From contig NC_043011.1 of the NCBI RefSeq assembly GCF_006345805.1, positions 24,192,464-24,256,463 of the forward strand: DNA of 64,000 bases, written 5' to 3'. Source of the DNA: Octopus sinensis. Lineage: Eukaryota. The position numbers and the translations under genes were made by a program. The notes under the pieces were generated by a model. The model saw nothing but the letters and a program-made list of their open reading frames with translations. It did no database searches and was not told the origin of the DNA. This document shows, piece by piece, positions 42,840 through 53,149 of this stretch; position 1 is the first letter of the stretch; each line of letters opens with the position of its first letter.

Positions 42840-43530
42840 AAAGGAAGGGGAGGGGGAGAAGTAAAAAAGAGGATGAGAGAAGAAGAGGAAGAGAGAAGGA
42901 AAGGTGGAAAGAGAAAGAGGGTAAGGAGAAAGAGGGAAAGGAGAGAAAGAAGGAAAGGAGAGAAAGAGGGAAAGAGGAAAAGAGAAAGTAGTAGAGAGGG
43001 AGAGAGAAGAGTGGAGAGAGAAACAGGCATGGAGAGAGAGAGGCATGGGGAGAGAGAGAGAGAGGCATGGGGAGAGAGAGAGAGAGGCATGGGGAGAGAG
43101 AGAGAGGGGCATGGGGAGAGAGAAAGGGGCATGGGGAGAGAGAGAGAGGGGCATGGGGAGAGAGAGAGGGGCATGGGGAGAGAGAGAGAGAGGCATGGAG
43201 AGAGAGAGAGGCATGGAGAGAGAGAGAGGCATGGAGAGAGAGAGAGGCATGGAGAGAGAGAGAGGCATGGAGAGAGAGAGAAAGGAAAAAGGGGGAGGGA
43301 AAGGGGAGATGACAGAAGGAAAAGAGGGAGGAGGAAAGGAGAAAGAGAGAGGAGGAACAGAAAGAGAGAGGAGGAACGGAAGGAGAGAGGAGGAACGGAA
43401 GGAGAGAGGAGGAACGGAAGGAGAGAGGAGGAACGGAAGGAGAGAGGAGGAAAGGAAGGAGAGAAAGAGAAAGGAGGAAAGCAGAGAAAGAGAGAGAGGA
43501 GGAAAGGAGGGAGAGTGAGAGAGAGAAAAT
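42840..43530. repeat. Polypurine GA-rich compound minisatellite
   Basis: Units GGCATGG(GG)(AG)n at about 43025-43275 and GGAGGAACGGAAGGAGAGA at about 43365-43460, embedded in (GA)-rich sequence. Confidence 0.97.
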
Positions 43531-43809
43531 AAGACAGATACAGGAGAAAAATAGCAGAAAGAATGAGAGCAAGAGCTTAAAATTGAACTTCGAAATAAAG
43601 TAGTGTACCAAAAGAATGGAATAAAATTCAAATTCAAAAAGAATTCTTTTAAAATTACAAAATACAAAAAAATACCTTAACTAATCAGCCAAACACATTT
43701 TGAATTAATGCATCAGAATAAAAATCTACTTATTTTAACCACAGAAGCTAAATTTCACCAATTCACTTCTCAAAAAGTCTACAGTATTCTTAGGTGTTCA
43801 TTATTACCA

Positions 43810-43848
<39 letters not shown>

Positions 43849-43871
43849 CATCATCATCATCATCATTATTA
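43810..43871. repeat. (ATT)n(CAT)n trinucleotide microsatellite
   Basis: Directly visible. Confidence 0.95.
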
Positions 43872-44199
43872 TTGCTGCTATTCCAAGAATTTAATTAAAT
43901 AAATTGTTTAATTTATTGGAATAAAAATGAATAAAATACTTTTTAAAAAATATATAATAATCAATATGTGTAGTGAAATTATACATCTTCTGAAACACGT
44001 TCAATTCATATGAAAAATTCATGGGAATTTATGAAGAAATTATTAGCTGGTGTTTATTTAATGACGCTTCCTATTTTATGCTTTAGGAGCTATTATCATT
44101 ATTATTTTTATCATAAGAAACAAGATGAAAGCATATTATTAAGCATTGAGTAAAAAAAAATGTTCATCAGTAACTAGGTTAATTTCATATATGGTGTTT

Positions 44200-44400
44200 G
44201 TTGTTGTTTAGCCCCAAGTCAGCCCCGATCTAGTAGATCCATGATGAGAAGTATTCTAGTCATGAGAATCTCATCATATTTTCAAGCATAGTGGATGTTG
44301 AATGACAATACTTAAGTTCTTCTTAGGACAGGAGACTGATTTGAGGGAGATTTTGCTGTTTCTAGTAGTTTGACTGACTTGTTCAAGCTCCTTTGTTGGC
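44200..44400 (+). repeat. Unclassified dispersed repeat of about 200 bp (family X)
   Basis: TTGTTTAGCCCCAAGTCAGCCC...GATTTGAGGGAGATTT...TCTAG; homologues at about 3925-4075(-), 18546-18720(+), 29335-29530(-), 46590-46795(-) and 62005-62200(+). Confidence 0.7.
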
Positions 44401-44496
44401 TCATCTAATTCTGTTTATGAAATAAAGACAATTATTCCTGGTTATATTTCTTTGCTTTTCCATGCTGGCACGAGTTAGCTGAATCATCATAGTCTA

Positions 44497-45788
44497 TGAG
44501 GGGCGTTCAATAAGTAATGCCCCTGACCCACTTCCCATAGCAGTAGAGCAACGAAACTTGGCACAGGTATTAGTCTTTTTCAGCATAGGAACCACCCAGA
44601 GTTACGCATTTCTCCCATCGTTTGATACAGCTCTGGAGACCGTTTTCATAGAAGACCCCAGCTTGGTCCTCCAACCACGACGTGACTTCAGAAATCAAGG
44701 CTGCATCATCTGGGAAATGCTTTCCTTTCAAAAACAACTTCATGGCTGGGAAGAGGTGAAAATCAGAGGGTGCAAGGTCAGGAGAGTAGGGGGATGGGGG
44801 AAGTGTTCATAGCCGCACGCCTGTGCTTCTGATCTGGCGACACGCGAGTTGTGGACCGGTGCGTTGTCCTGCAGGAGGAGGATGCCTTTGCTGATCTTGC
44901 CCCGCCTCTTGGTTTTGATAGCTTCTCTTAATTTCCTCGAAAGTGAAGCATGATAGGCTCCTGTAATTGTGGTACCCTTTGCCAGGAAATCTGTCATCAC
45001 TACTCCGTCCTGGTCCCAGAAGACTGTGAGCATGACCTTGCCAGCGGAGGGCTGCACCCTTGCCTTCTTTGGAGGAGGTGAGTCATGGTGCTTCCACTGC
45101 ATTGACTGGGCTTTGGTCTCTGGATCATGGTTAAGGACCCAGGTCTCATCCTGTGTAATCAGTCTTTTGAAAAATTTTGACTCATCTTCTTGGCACATCC
45201 CTAAATTCATCCTCGAGCACTCGACGCATTCTTGCTTCAGGAAAAGTGTGAGCAACCTGGGAATCCTTCTGGCAGACACCTTTTGCATATGCAAATGGTC
45301 ATGAATGATAGTTTCCACAGACCCGGTACTAATCTTGACCTCATGGGCTATTTGGCGAATAGTTATGCGTCCATCTTCCAAAATGGCAGCCTCAACTTGA
45401 CGGACAGATGCCTCATCAATGGCAGAAGGGGTGCGACCAGATCTGGGAGCTGTTTCCACAGAGTTCCGACCATGTTTGAATTCACGATGCCAGCGTTTTA
45501 CAAGGTCATATGATGGGGCATCATCACCATAAGTTATTTTCATTTCATCAAAAGTCTCCTGTGGTGTGCGTCATTTCAAATACAAAAACCGGATCACTTC
45601 TCGACACTCAACAGGCTCCATTTCCCACTCAACTCATTTCAAACACATGTAAATCAGAAACCACTATTAGTTCGGAGCTGTAATTTGCCACTTAATCTAT
45701 AGAGATATAAATAATTACACATGCAAAATCTCAGCTAGATCAATCAACGGCAAGTGGGTCAGAGGCATTACTTATTGAACGCCCCTCG
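44497..45788 (-). mobile_element. Full-length mariner element 2 (irritans-like), 1292 bp
   Basis: 37-bp TIRs (T/C)GAGGGGCGTTCAATAAGTAATGCC(C/T)CTGACCCACTT; TA at 44495-44496 and 45789-45790. Confidence 0.97.
44570..45621 (-). pseudogene. Nearly intact mariner D,D34D transposase (350 aa when repaired)
   Basis: ATG at 45621 (MEPVECREVIRFLYLK*RTPQETFDEMKITYG); TGA at codon 17 (45573-45571); 1-bp deletion in a C-run before YSPDLAPSD (about 44790); ITQDETW, QDN and APSD with exact D34D spacing; TAA at 44572-44570. Confidence 0.95.
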
Positions 45789-45790
45789 TA

Positions 45791-46345
45791 TATCAGTTCT
45801 TATTTGGAATCATTACCCTTGTAAATGAGTTAGAAACTATATCTCACTCATATATCTCATTTTTGACATGGTTTCTACAGCTAGATGTCCTCCTTATAAC
45901 TTTACAGAGAATACCAGTGCATTTTATCATGGCACTAGAGGTTGTCTTGTTCTAGACAAGTCTAAAGAGACTACTCTACTCCAAGCTGTCTCCATTCAGC
46001 AGGTTTTTTCCAACACAGTGTTTCACTACTTATGGCTTTTTGATATCTTCCTAACACTGGTCTTCAATTCTTTCCATGCCTTTTTCAGCCTACTTCCAAT
46101 TTTATGCATCGCAAGCTCATATTATAACAACCTTACTTTTTGCACACAATATCTGATTTCACTTATGTACAGTTTTTCTCTCAGCTCATTTATTCATGCA
46201 CACTTACACTAATCCAGCAGAGTACACTCACTTCATTCTTTTCAACCCTCCTATGTCTTCCATATTCAAAGCCTGTGTTCCACTACCATGCAGCACTGTA
46301 CTTCATGCACAAATATCAACCAATCTGTCCTCTACTCAGAGAGAG
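45791..46345 (-). mobile_element. RTE LINE 3' fragment, with its terminal tail at 44445-44494 split off by the mariner
   Basis: Minus strand reads AVLHGSGTQALNMEDI..LKRMK...LREKL...-like RTE C-terminus; 3'UTR TGGTTTCTACAGCTAGATGTCC on the plus strand; tail TTCCATGCTGGCACGAGTT lies left of the mariner. Confidence 0.75.
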
Positions 46346-46406
46346 AGAGAGAGAGAGAGAAACTGTCGCCAGCAAAGATAACAAGTAATTGTAATTTTAG
46401 GTTTAA

Positions 46407-46547
46407 CCTTTAGCACACTGTAGGGGCATCGTGTTACTGTATGAGTTTTCTCCCCTGTAGTAAAAGGGCAGTGACTGGGAAAACAATTCTTGAGAAAATG
46501 CAGTGTTTGCATTTTCTCTAGAACTGTTACCCCTGTGTGCTTAAAGG
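46407..46547. mobile_element. piggyBac-type non-autonomous MITE, 141 bp
   Basis: TTAA (46403-46406)|CCTTTAGCACAC...GTGTGCTTAAAGG|TTAA (46548-46551); internal 16-bp inverted repeat TTCTTGAGAAAATGCA/TGCATTTTCTCTAGAA. Confidence 0.75.
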
Positions 46548-47814
46548 TTAATATGTATAAACTTTATTCTACTGATTAAATCATTCAACTCCTAAACAAG
46601 GGAGCCACAATGTGGTTGCTTAATTGACTAGAAAAAAACAATCAAATTGCACTTAAATTATTTTCTAACATCTTTAGAAAGGACAAACTGAATAATGTTA
46701 TTTAATTTATTAGACCCGAAAACCTTGGGGTAGTCATATCCAGAATGCTTTTGATCATAGACATGCTCAACCAAAGTCTACTTTGGGGCTAAATAATAAC
46801 AATTCAACTCTTCCTGTGAGTTTAAAATGGTTAGTAAAAATCACTAAAATACTGGTTAGAACTGTCCAGTATAAAGAGATTTATAAATATATTTACTATC
46901 CAGGATTCCTTAAATGATATTCCTCTTTGGACACATTTTACATTATTTAGTTTGGTACTGCATTAATTCCAGTTAAAATTGCTTCTGCAATAAATTTTGT
47001 CTTTCATTTCTCCAGGTTCAATAAAATACAGATACATACTATTGTGAGCTATTCAATAGGATGTAACTCTACAAATTGAGTAAAACCTGTATTAAAGGTA
47101 TAGATAAAATAAAATTCTTTCTTAGATCATTTCTACACAGTATTTTCATGGTTCACAATCCTATTTTTTACAAGAACAGCTTTAAGGAGAGAAAAATCTT
47201 TTAGAGATTTATCAGAGAGTTAGCTAACTCTTAAAATGTCTTGCACATTCCTGCTGATCATGATTTACTTGTGTATAGATTATGGTTTCCCTACAAGATA
47301 GTTATTTTCCATACCTAGTTATCTCCATTATGACTAGATTGCAGAAATTAGAAACCTATCAAAAGTGTTTTGTAAATCAACAAAGTAAAACTGTCTGTTG
47401 TTCAAGAAAATATAACAGACTAAAATAGCAGCATATGTGGAGTTGCATCTTGACAAAAACCAAAACTTCATTGAATTTCTTTTAACACTTCTCTACTGTC
47501 AATATCATCTCATTCTACCTAGATAGACTGCAACTTGAAAAAAGTCAATCTTTGCTCTAGGTTTGTTGTGCATCTAAAACTTTATAAATCATCTGCATTT
47601 TGGTAAATTTCATTCTGCAAATAATAAACATTTAACAATATTCTTCAGCAAATTCCAGCCCAATATTTTTCTGGTAAATTCAAGATTGTATACTGAATTG
47701 GCGATTTTGTAGTAGAGTGGTTTTTAACCTCTAATAATCATTTCAAATCTTATCAAGTGTTGTAAAACCTCCCATCACACAGAAACAAGATATTTTGAAT
47801 TGTATATTACTTAC

Positions 47815-47907
47815 ATAACACTGTCAAAAAGGTCAATGACAGGAACTGAAATATCCCTCAAATCAAATACTGACATCTTAAAGAAGGATACATCGGACAG
47901 TATAGTC
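47815..47907 (-). CDS. Best candidate host-gene exon (93 bp, phase 2-2): TILSDVSFFKMSVFDLRDISVPVIDLFDSV
   Basis: Acceptor cctttttctatttag, consensus donor TTAT|gtaagt; symmetric exon; complex protein-like sequence. Confidence 0.6.
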
Positions 47908-48315
47908 CTAAATAGAAAAAGGATCAAGATGGTTCAAGATATGGAGCCTTTAATCATAAATCTGGAATGTTGTTGGGATACCTGAAATTTTCAACCTTTT
48001 CCATCCTCTTAGGTTTTATGTGGCTATCATCAATCTTGGCCCTAACTGGTTCAGTATAGAATTAAATATTTCATCCAATTATTTCGCTGAGCAAAATAAT
48101 CCTCATAGTACTCATCTCCTCTCCAGGAGATGAATGTTGTTGGCTCTCAAGAAATTCATCTGTCTTTGACAAGTTTTGCTTTTTTAATTATGCTGGGTAC
48201 TCACACTCACTTCACTGGACAAACCCAGTAAAGGGTTGAGTTTAGTTGCCAACCATTCAACAATGAATATCTAGTACTGGGTTAATGGTTACCAGTAGCA
48301 GGTTTCCATCCTGAC

Positions 48316-48355
48316 CTGACAACAAATTGGGGGATGACCCGAGGTGAAATAACAA
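48316..48355 (-). CDS. Candidate exon (40 bp, phase 1-2): VISPRVIPQFVV
   Basis: Acceptor atcaattttcag, donor AG|gtcagg (weak, chosen for phase compatibility). Confidence 0.3.
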
Positions 48356-48922
48356 CTGAAAATTGATATAATCTTAAGATAAGCATAATCTTTAAATATT
48401 TATAATTTTAAACTGATCAAAAGATGATGGACTGAAAATACAAAACAATCAAAATAACTGTTTTATTCTGTATTGTTTATTAAACAATTAAATACTACCT
48501 CCAATGATTCAAAATAAAACTTTATTACTAAACAGGTTCAGCAGTTAGCAATAAGCTGAAGTATTATGAAAATAATTTTAAACTTACATTTAATCTAGTT
48601 TGGTTTATAAAAAAAAACACTTTATTTACACAAGAGAGAAAAGAAGAGCCCCGGCAAATTGAATAAGCTCCACTGTAATACAGTTTTATAGTAACACCTA
48701 AGTATCGAAAGAAAGGTCTACTCTAACAAGATTTAAACTTAAAACATACAGAATTGAAACTAAATACTTTAAGATAACTGTTCTATTAACTTACACTCCT
48801 TAGCAGAAAGTATGATTTAAAAAAGATATAGCTACTTAAGTATAAAAATAGGCTGTTGTTAACTAATGATAAATTTAATTTCAAAATAAATCATAGTTTT
48901 GAATAGAAAACTCAGATATTAC

Positions 48923-48964
48923 CTTTAGAAGCTGAATTTATAAAAGATCTTTCTTTACACTTAC
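48923..48964 (-). CDS. Candidate exon (42 bp, phase 1-1): KCKERSFINSASK
   Basis: Strong acceptor ttttctctctttctattctag, donor AAAG|gtaata; one open frame. Confidence 0.4.
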
Positions 48965-49156
48965 CTAGAATAGAAAGAGAGAAAATTCTTTACAATTCTT
49001 TATGAAAAAAAACCACTACTTTCAACATTTAATCAAAAGTGTTAAAGAACAGATAATTTTACATACATACACAAAATATATCTTGATAAATCTTGTTTGG
49101 GAAATCTGAACTTATACAGAACTCAAGTTATCTTGTAATATCTTTTAATCTATTAC

Positions 49157-49203
49157 CTCCATGATGCACAACACAAAATAGAAGCCTAATACATTGGTCA
49201 AGA
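49157..49203 (-). CDS. Candidate exon (47 bp, phase 2-1): LDQCIRLLFCVVHHG
   Basis: Acceptor gtcttttattatag, donor GGAG|gtaata. Confidence 0.35.
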
Positions 49204-49346
49204 CTATAATAAAAGACTTATATTAGGAATACTTCAAAAATTATATCAAAATTAAATATCTGCAAACACTAAATGTTCAATCTTGATTCTTCAATAAAAT
49301 TGTATGTTGTAAGGCAATTCTAGTGAAGTAATTTAAATTCATTAAC

Positions 49347-49389
49347 CCACTCAAAATGTGATTTAAAAAATGGTCTATGCAGTCAAAGC
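49347..49389 (-). CDS. Candidate exon (43 bp, phase 1-2): FDCIDHFLNHILS
   Basis: Strong acceptor gttttgtctttatag; donor GG|gttaat is weak (alternative A|gtgggt). Confidence 0.25.
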
Positions 49390-49721
49390 CTATAAAGACA
49401 AAACATATCTGAATGGGGTGAGTACATATTTTAGCTGGCAATAAGGATAAATTTTGATAGTTTATATCCTGTCACCAAAACTTCATTGTGGTCATGACTA
49501 AAACACCCAACTCTTATATAATGCAGTTTACGTAGCTATAATTAGACACTGCATAGGGGAACAACTAGTAACAGCAACATGGTAGAATTAATGTTTCATT
49601 TGCTTGCCATATGGACTTCAAATTTTCTTAACACAATAACTTGGTGGGTTCTACCAAGTTGAAAAGCTCCAAAATACATCATATGAGCACTTTTTAACTT
49701 TTTAAAGATGACACTTTTCTT

Positions 49722-50093
49722 TTATTCTTTTACTTGTTTCAGTCATTTTGACTGTGGCCATGCTGGAGCACCACCTTTTAGTCAAAGAAATCAACCCCTG
49801 GACTTATTCTTTGTAAGCCTACTACTTATTCTATTGGTCTCTTTTGCTAAACTGCTAAGTTATGGAAATGTAAACACACCAACAACAGTTGTCAAGCAAT
49901 GGTGGAGAGACAAACATACAAACATATATGACAGGCTTCTTTCAGTTTCTGTCCACCAAATCCACTCACAAGGCTTTGGTTGGCCCAAGGCTATAGTAGA
50001 AGACACTTGCCCAAGGTGTCACGCAGTGGAACTGAACCTGAAACCATATGGTTGGGAAGCCAGCTTCTTACCACACAGCCACACCTATACCTA
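49722..50093 (-). mobile_element. Full-length family-A SINE (older, CpG-decayed)
   Basis: Colinear with 60609-61010; head TAGGTATAGGTGTGGCTGTGTGGTAAGAAGCTGGCTTCCCAACC on the minus strand. Confidence 0.9.
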
Positions 50094-50559
50094 CAGTTTT
50101 TTTGGGTTTTTTTTAAGTAAATGTGTTGCTATTAAATAGAGAATTTGGGCTCACCATGTGAGAGAAAGCAAGCAGTTAAATAGATAATGTTTGATTTTAT
50201 TCTTTGAATAAAGTCATCAATAAAATTTTATGACTTTTGACAATTTTGCAATATATCAGGTTGAAAGGCATGGCTATACAAAGGCAGTTTATTCAGTGTA
50301 GAAAGAAATACAACAAAATACTCTTTAGCATGACTGTTCTATCTATCAACTTATAGCCCTTAGCAGAATATATAAACACTATAGATACTCAAGTTCAAAA
50401 ATATGCTTTTATTTATTACTAATGTAACCAATTGGCTACTCATTCTTCTATACTATTCATAATAATCTCAATGATAGTATATGTCACCCATATCACATTT
50501 GATCAAATAACTAGGTTTGTTTCACATATGTTGAATAAAACAAATTACATGTTTATGTA

Positions 50560-51825
50560 TCAGGTCATCCCATAAGTAATGTCTGGATTCTATATTTTCA
50601 ATTTGTAAATGCTTTAATAGTATTTTGGAATTTCTAATGCATCAAGTAATATTTATATGTATTTAGAAATATTTAAACTAATTAAATTTCATTTTGCAGG
50701 ATAATCTAATTGAAATTTCACTAATTATAGTTCTTCAAACATGGAAGTGTCTAAGGAACATTTGAGGCACATAATGCTTAATGAGTTTAAAAAAGGGAAC
50801 TTTGTAGCTGAAGCAACTCGAAATATTCACTCAGCTTGTGAGGAAGAATGCCTGAATGAAAGAACTTGCAGAAGATGGCTTGTAAAATTCAAAAGTGGAG
50901 ATTTCAGTCTTGAAGACAATGTCCAAACAAGATGTCCAATTGAGTTTGATGACAAGCTCCTTTTGGCAGAATTTGAAAAATATCATGCAGTTTCAGTTGA
51001 AGAATTGGCAAGCAAGCTTCATTCAAGCCACACAACTGCTATCTTCAACAGCTTGGAAAGGTCCCAAAACTTGGAAAATGGGTGCCTCATGATTTGTCTG
51101 AAGTCAACTGCAAATCCTGTGTGGACATTTGCTGTTCTCTTTGTTCTCATGAACTCATCTCACCATTTTTGAACAGACTGGTGACAGGTGACAAAAAATG
51201 GGTCTTTTATCAGAATGTTAAGCATTGTAGTCATTGGCTTGGTGAAGGGGAAAAGGCCCAACCACAACCAAAAAGGAAACTCCATGTGAAAAAGGTGCTT
51301 CTCAGTTTGGTGAGACTGCAAAGGAGTCATCCACTTTAAGCTGCTACCAACTAATGCAACAATCAATGCTCAAATCTACTGTCAGTAATTAGAGTGTTTG
51401 AATACTGCTTTGAAGAAAAAAGACCTGCTTTAGTGAATCAAAAGGGAGTGTTTCATCAGGACAATGCAAGACCCCACACTGCCAAGATCACATTACAGAA
51501 GATCAAGGAACTTAACTGGGAGAAAATTACTCATCCACCTTATTCCCCAGACTTTGCTCCTTCAGATTACCACTTGTTCCATAGTTTACAGAATCATTCG
51601 GATGGATTAACTCTTGAAACAACTGAGGAAGTCGAAACTGACCTTTCAGAGTTCTCTTCAAAACCGAAAGAGTCTTTCACTAATGGGATTAAAGAGCTTA
51701 CAAGTAGATGGAAAGGTGTTAGATAATCAGGGAAACTATTTGACAATTAAGTTTCATTAAAATGTAAGATTTGATCACTTGTTTACCTTATTTAAAATCC
51801 AGACATTACTTATGAGAAGACCTGA
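50560..51825 (+). mobile_element. Full-length mariner element 3 (mellifera-like), 1266 bp, inactive
   Basis: TIRs TCAGGTCATCCCATAAGTAATGTCTGGATT versus TCAGGTCTTCTCATAAGTAATGTCTGGATT; TA at 50558-50559 and 51826-51827. Confidence 0.96.
50741..51750 (+). pseudogene. Mariner D,D34D transposase pseudogene
   Basis: MEVSKEHLRHIMLNEFKKG, WMPHDL, LVTGDKKW and HQDNARPH...HPPYSPDFAPSDYHLF (D34D spacing); several frameshifts and stops. Confidence 0.95.
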
Positions 51826-51932
51826 TAGATATGGCTTGTAAATAAGTGTAATATGCTAAAATTGAAAAGGATTACCAATAATAATTAATTATAGAGCAAA
51901 TATTAAAAGAATTATAAATTATAAAAAAAAAT

Positions 51933-52062
51933 AAAAGTACAAGCAATGGAATATTAGAGAAATTTGAGGTCTCAGAACACAAACTAATATCAAACTCCAA
52001 CATCCACACTGTACAACATTGAAACACAAAATACTTCAAAAATTCACTGCATTAAACCTTAT
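51933..52062 (+). repeat. 130-bp dispersed direct repeat, copy 1
   Basis: Ungapped match of roughly 90 percent by eye to 56179-56308. Confidence 0.9.
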
Positions 52063-53149
52063 GCTTAAATTTCAAGCGATTTCAAAACTTCTGATTAATC
52101 AAGCAAATAAAACTGCATATATTTCTACACAAACTGATACAATTCTTGAAATAAAAAAAATACTGGCTTAACAATTTTTTATGCAGATATGATGGTTTGC
52201 ATTAATCCAGATTTTCATTTTTAAAATGCTTTCCAATGAAATACTCAAAAACAATTTCTAATGAAATATGACAGGAAAAAAATATTTTAATTTTCAGCTA
52301 AAATCCATTTAAAAATTTTATAAAACAGAGAATCAAAATGTTTTTAATTTCCTTAGACTTCAGAATAATAAATTCACTAAGGAACTTCCCATTAACATTT
52401 CGATAATAAAATATAAGTTTAACATGTAATGTTTTCTATCTTGCATAAACAGTTTTAGTTTGAGTTGCAAATCTAATCAACACTTTCATGAGTTATTTCA
52501 AATTCATAACATCTATTATCTTAAGATGTGATCTAATTATTTCACTCCAAGACTTTCGCCTACAAGCTGCTTTTAAATCAGCCATTTTTTGCCTACTGAG
52601 AATAGCATCCATTTATATAGTTTATCTAACTATATCAATATACTTATGTCTCTTGTATATACTGATCAATACTAACTGACAGACAGTTGCACTCATTCAG
52701 ACTTTCAAATTCAAGAAACATACCCAACAAATCGAATTCATTTACAGTTCAATAACTACAGGACTTCAGCTTTCATAGACCATATTATTTGCATGTAAGG
52801 CTTCACAATAAATAAAGCTATATATATTATACCCATGCACATAAATAGTGGAAACCACTTATTGTGATCACTTTGGAATAAAGCTTCAAGAATGTATTTA
52901 TCTAGCAAGTGACTTGATCTGAGATGATATGTTGAAACTGAAGAATCTAAATCATGAATGAACCATTTAATACCACACAAAGCTGTTAAATTCATTTTAA
53001 ATTTCATGAAGTGTTAAATTTCAAATTCAAATGAATTTAACAGGTTGGTGTGTTATCAACTGACTCTTTCACAGTGTACTTACTTTCAGATGAAAGTCTT
53101 TTTGATAACTATAACCAGCTAGAGTTTAGAACCTACTAATTTTGATAAT

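Noticed and set aside
42990-43460. Regularly spaced repeats superficially like a CRISPR array
   Set aside because: Low-complexity units with no unique spacers, no cas genes and a eukaryotic context.
42751-43667. R/E-rich and S/L/P-rich ORFs of up to 287 aa
   Set aside because: By-products of the GA-rich minisatellite; open on both strands, with no domain or splice support.
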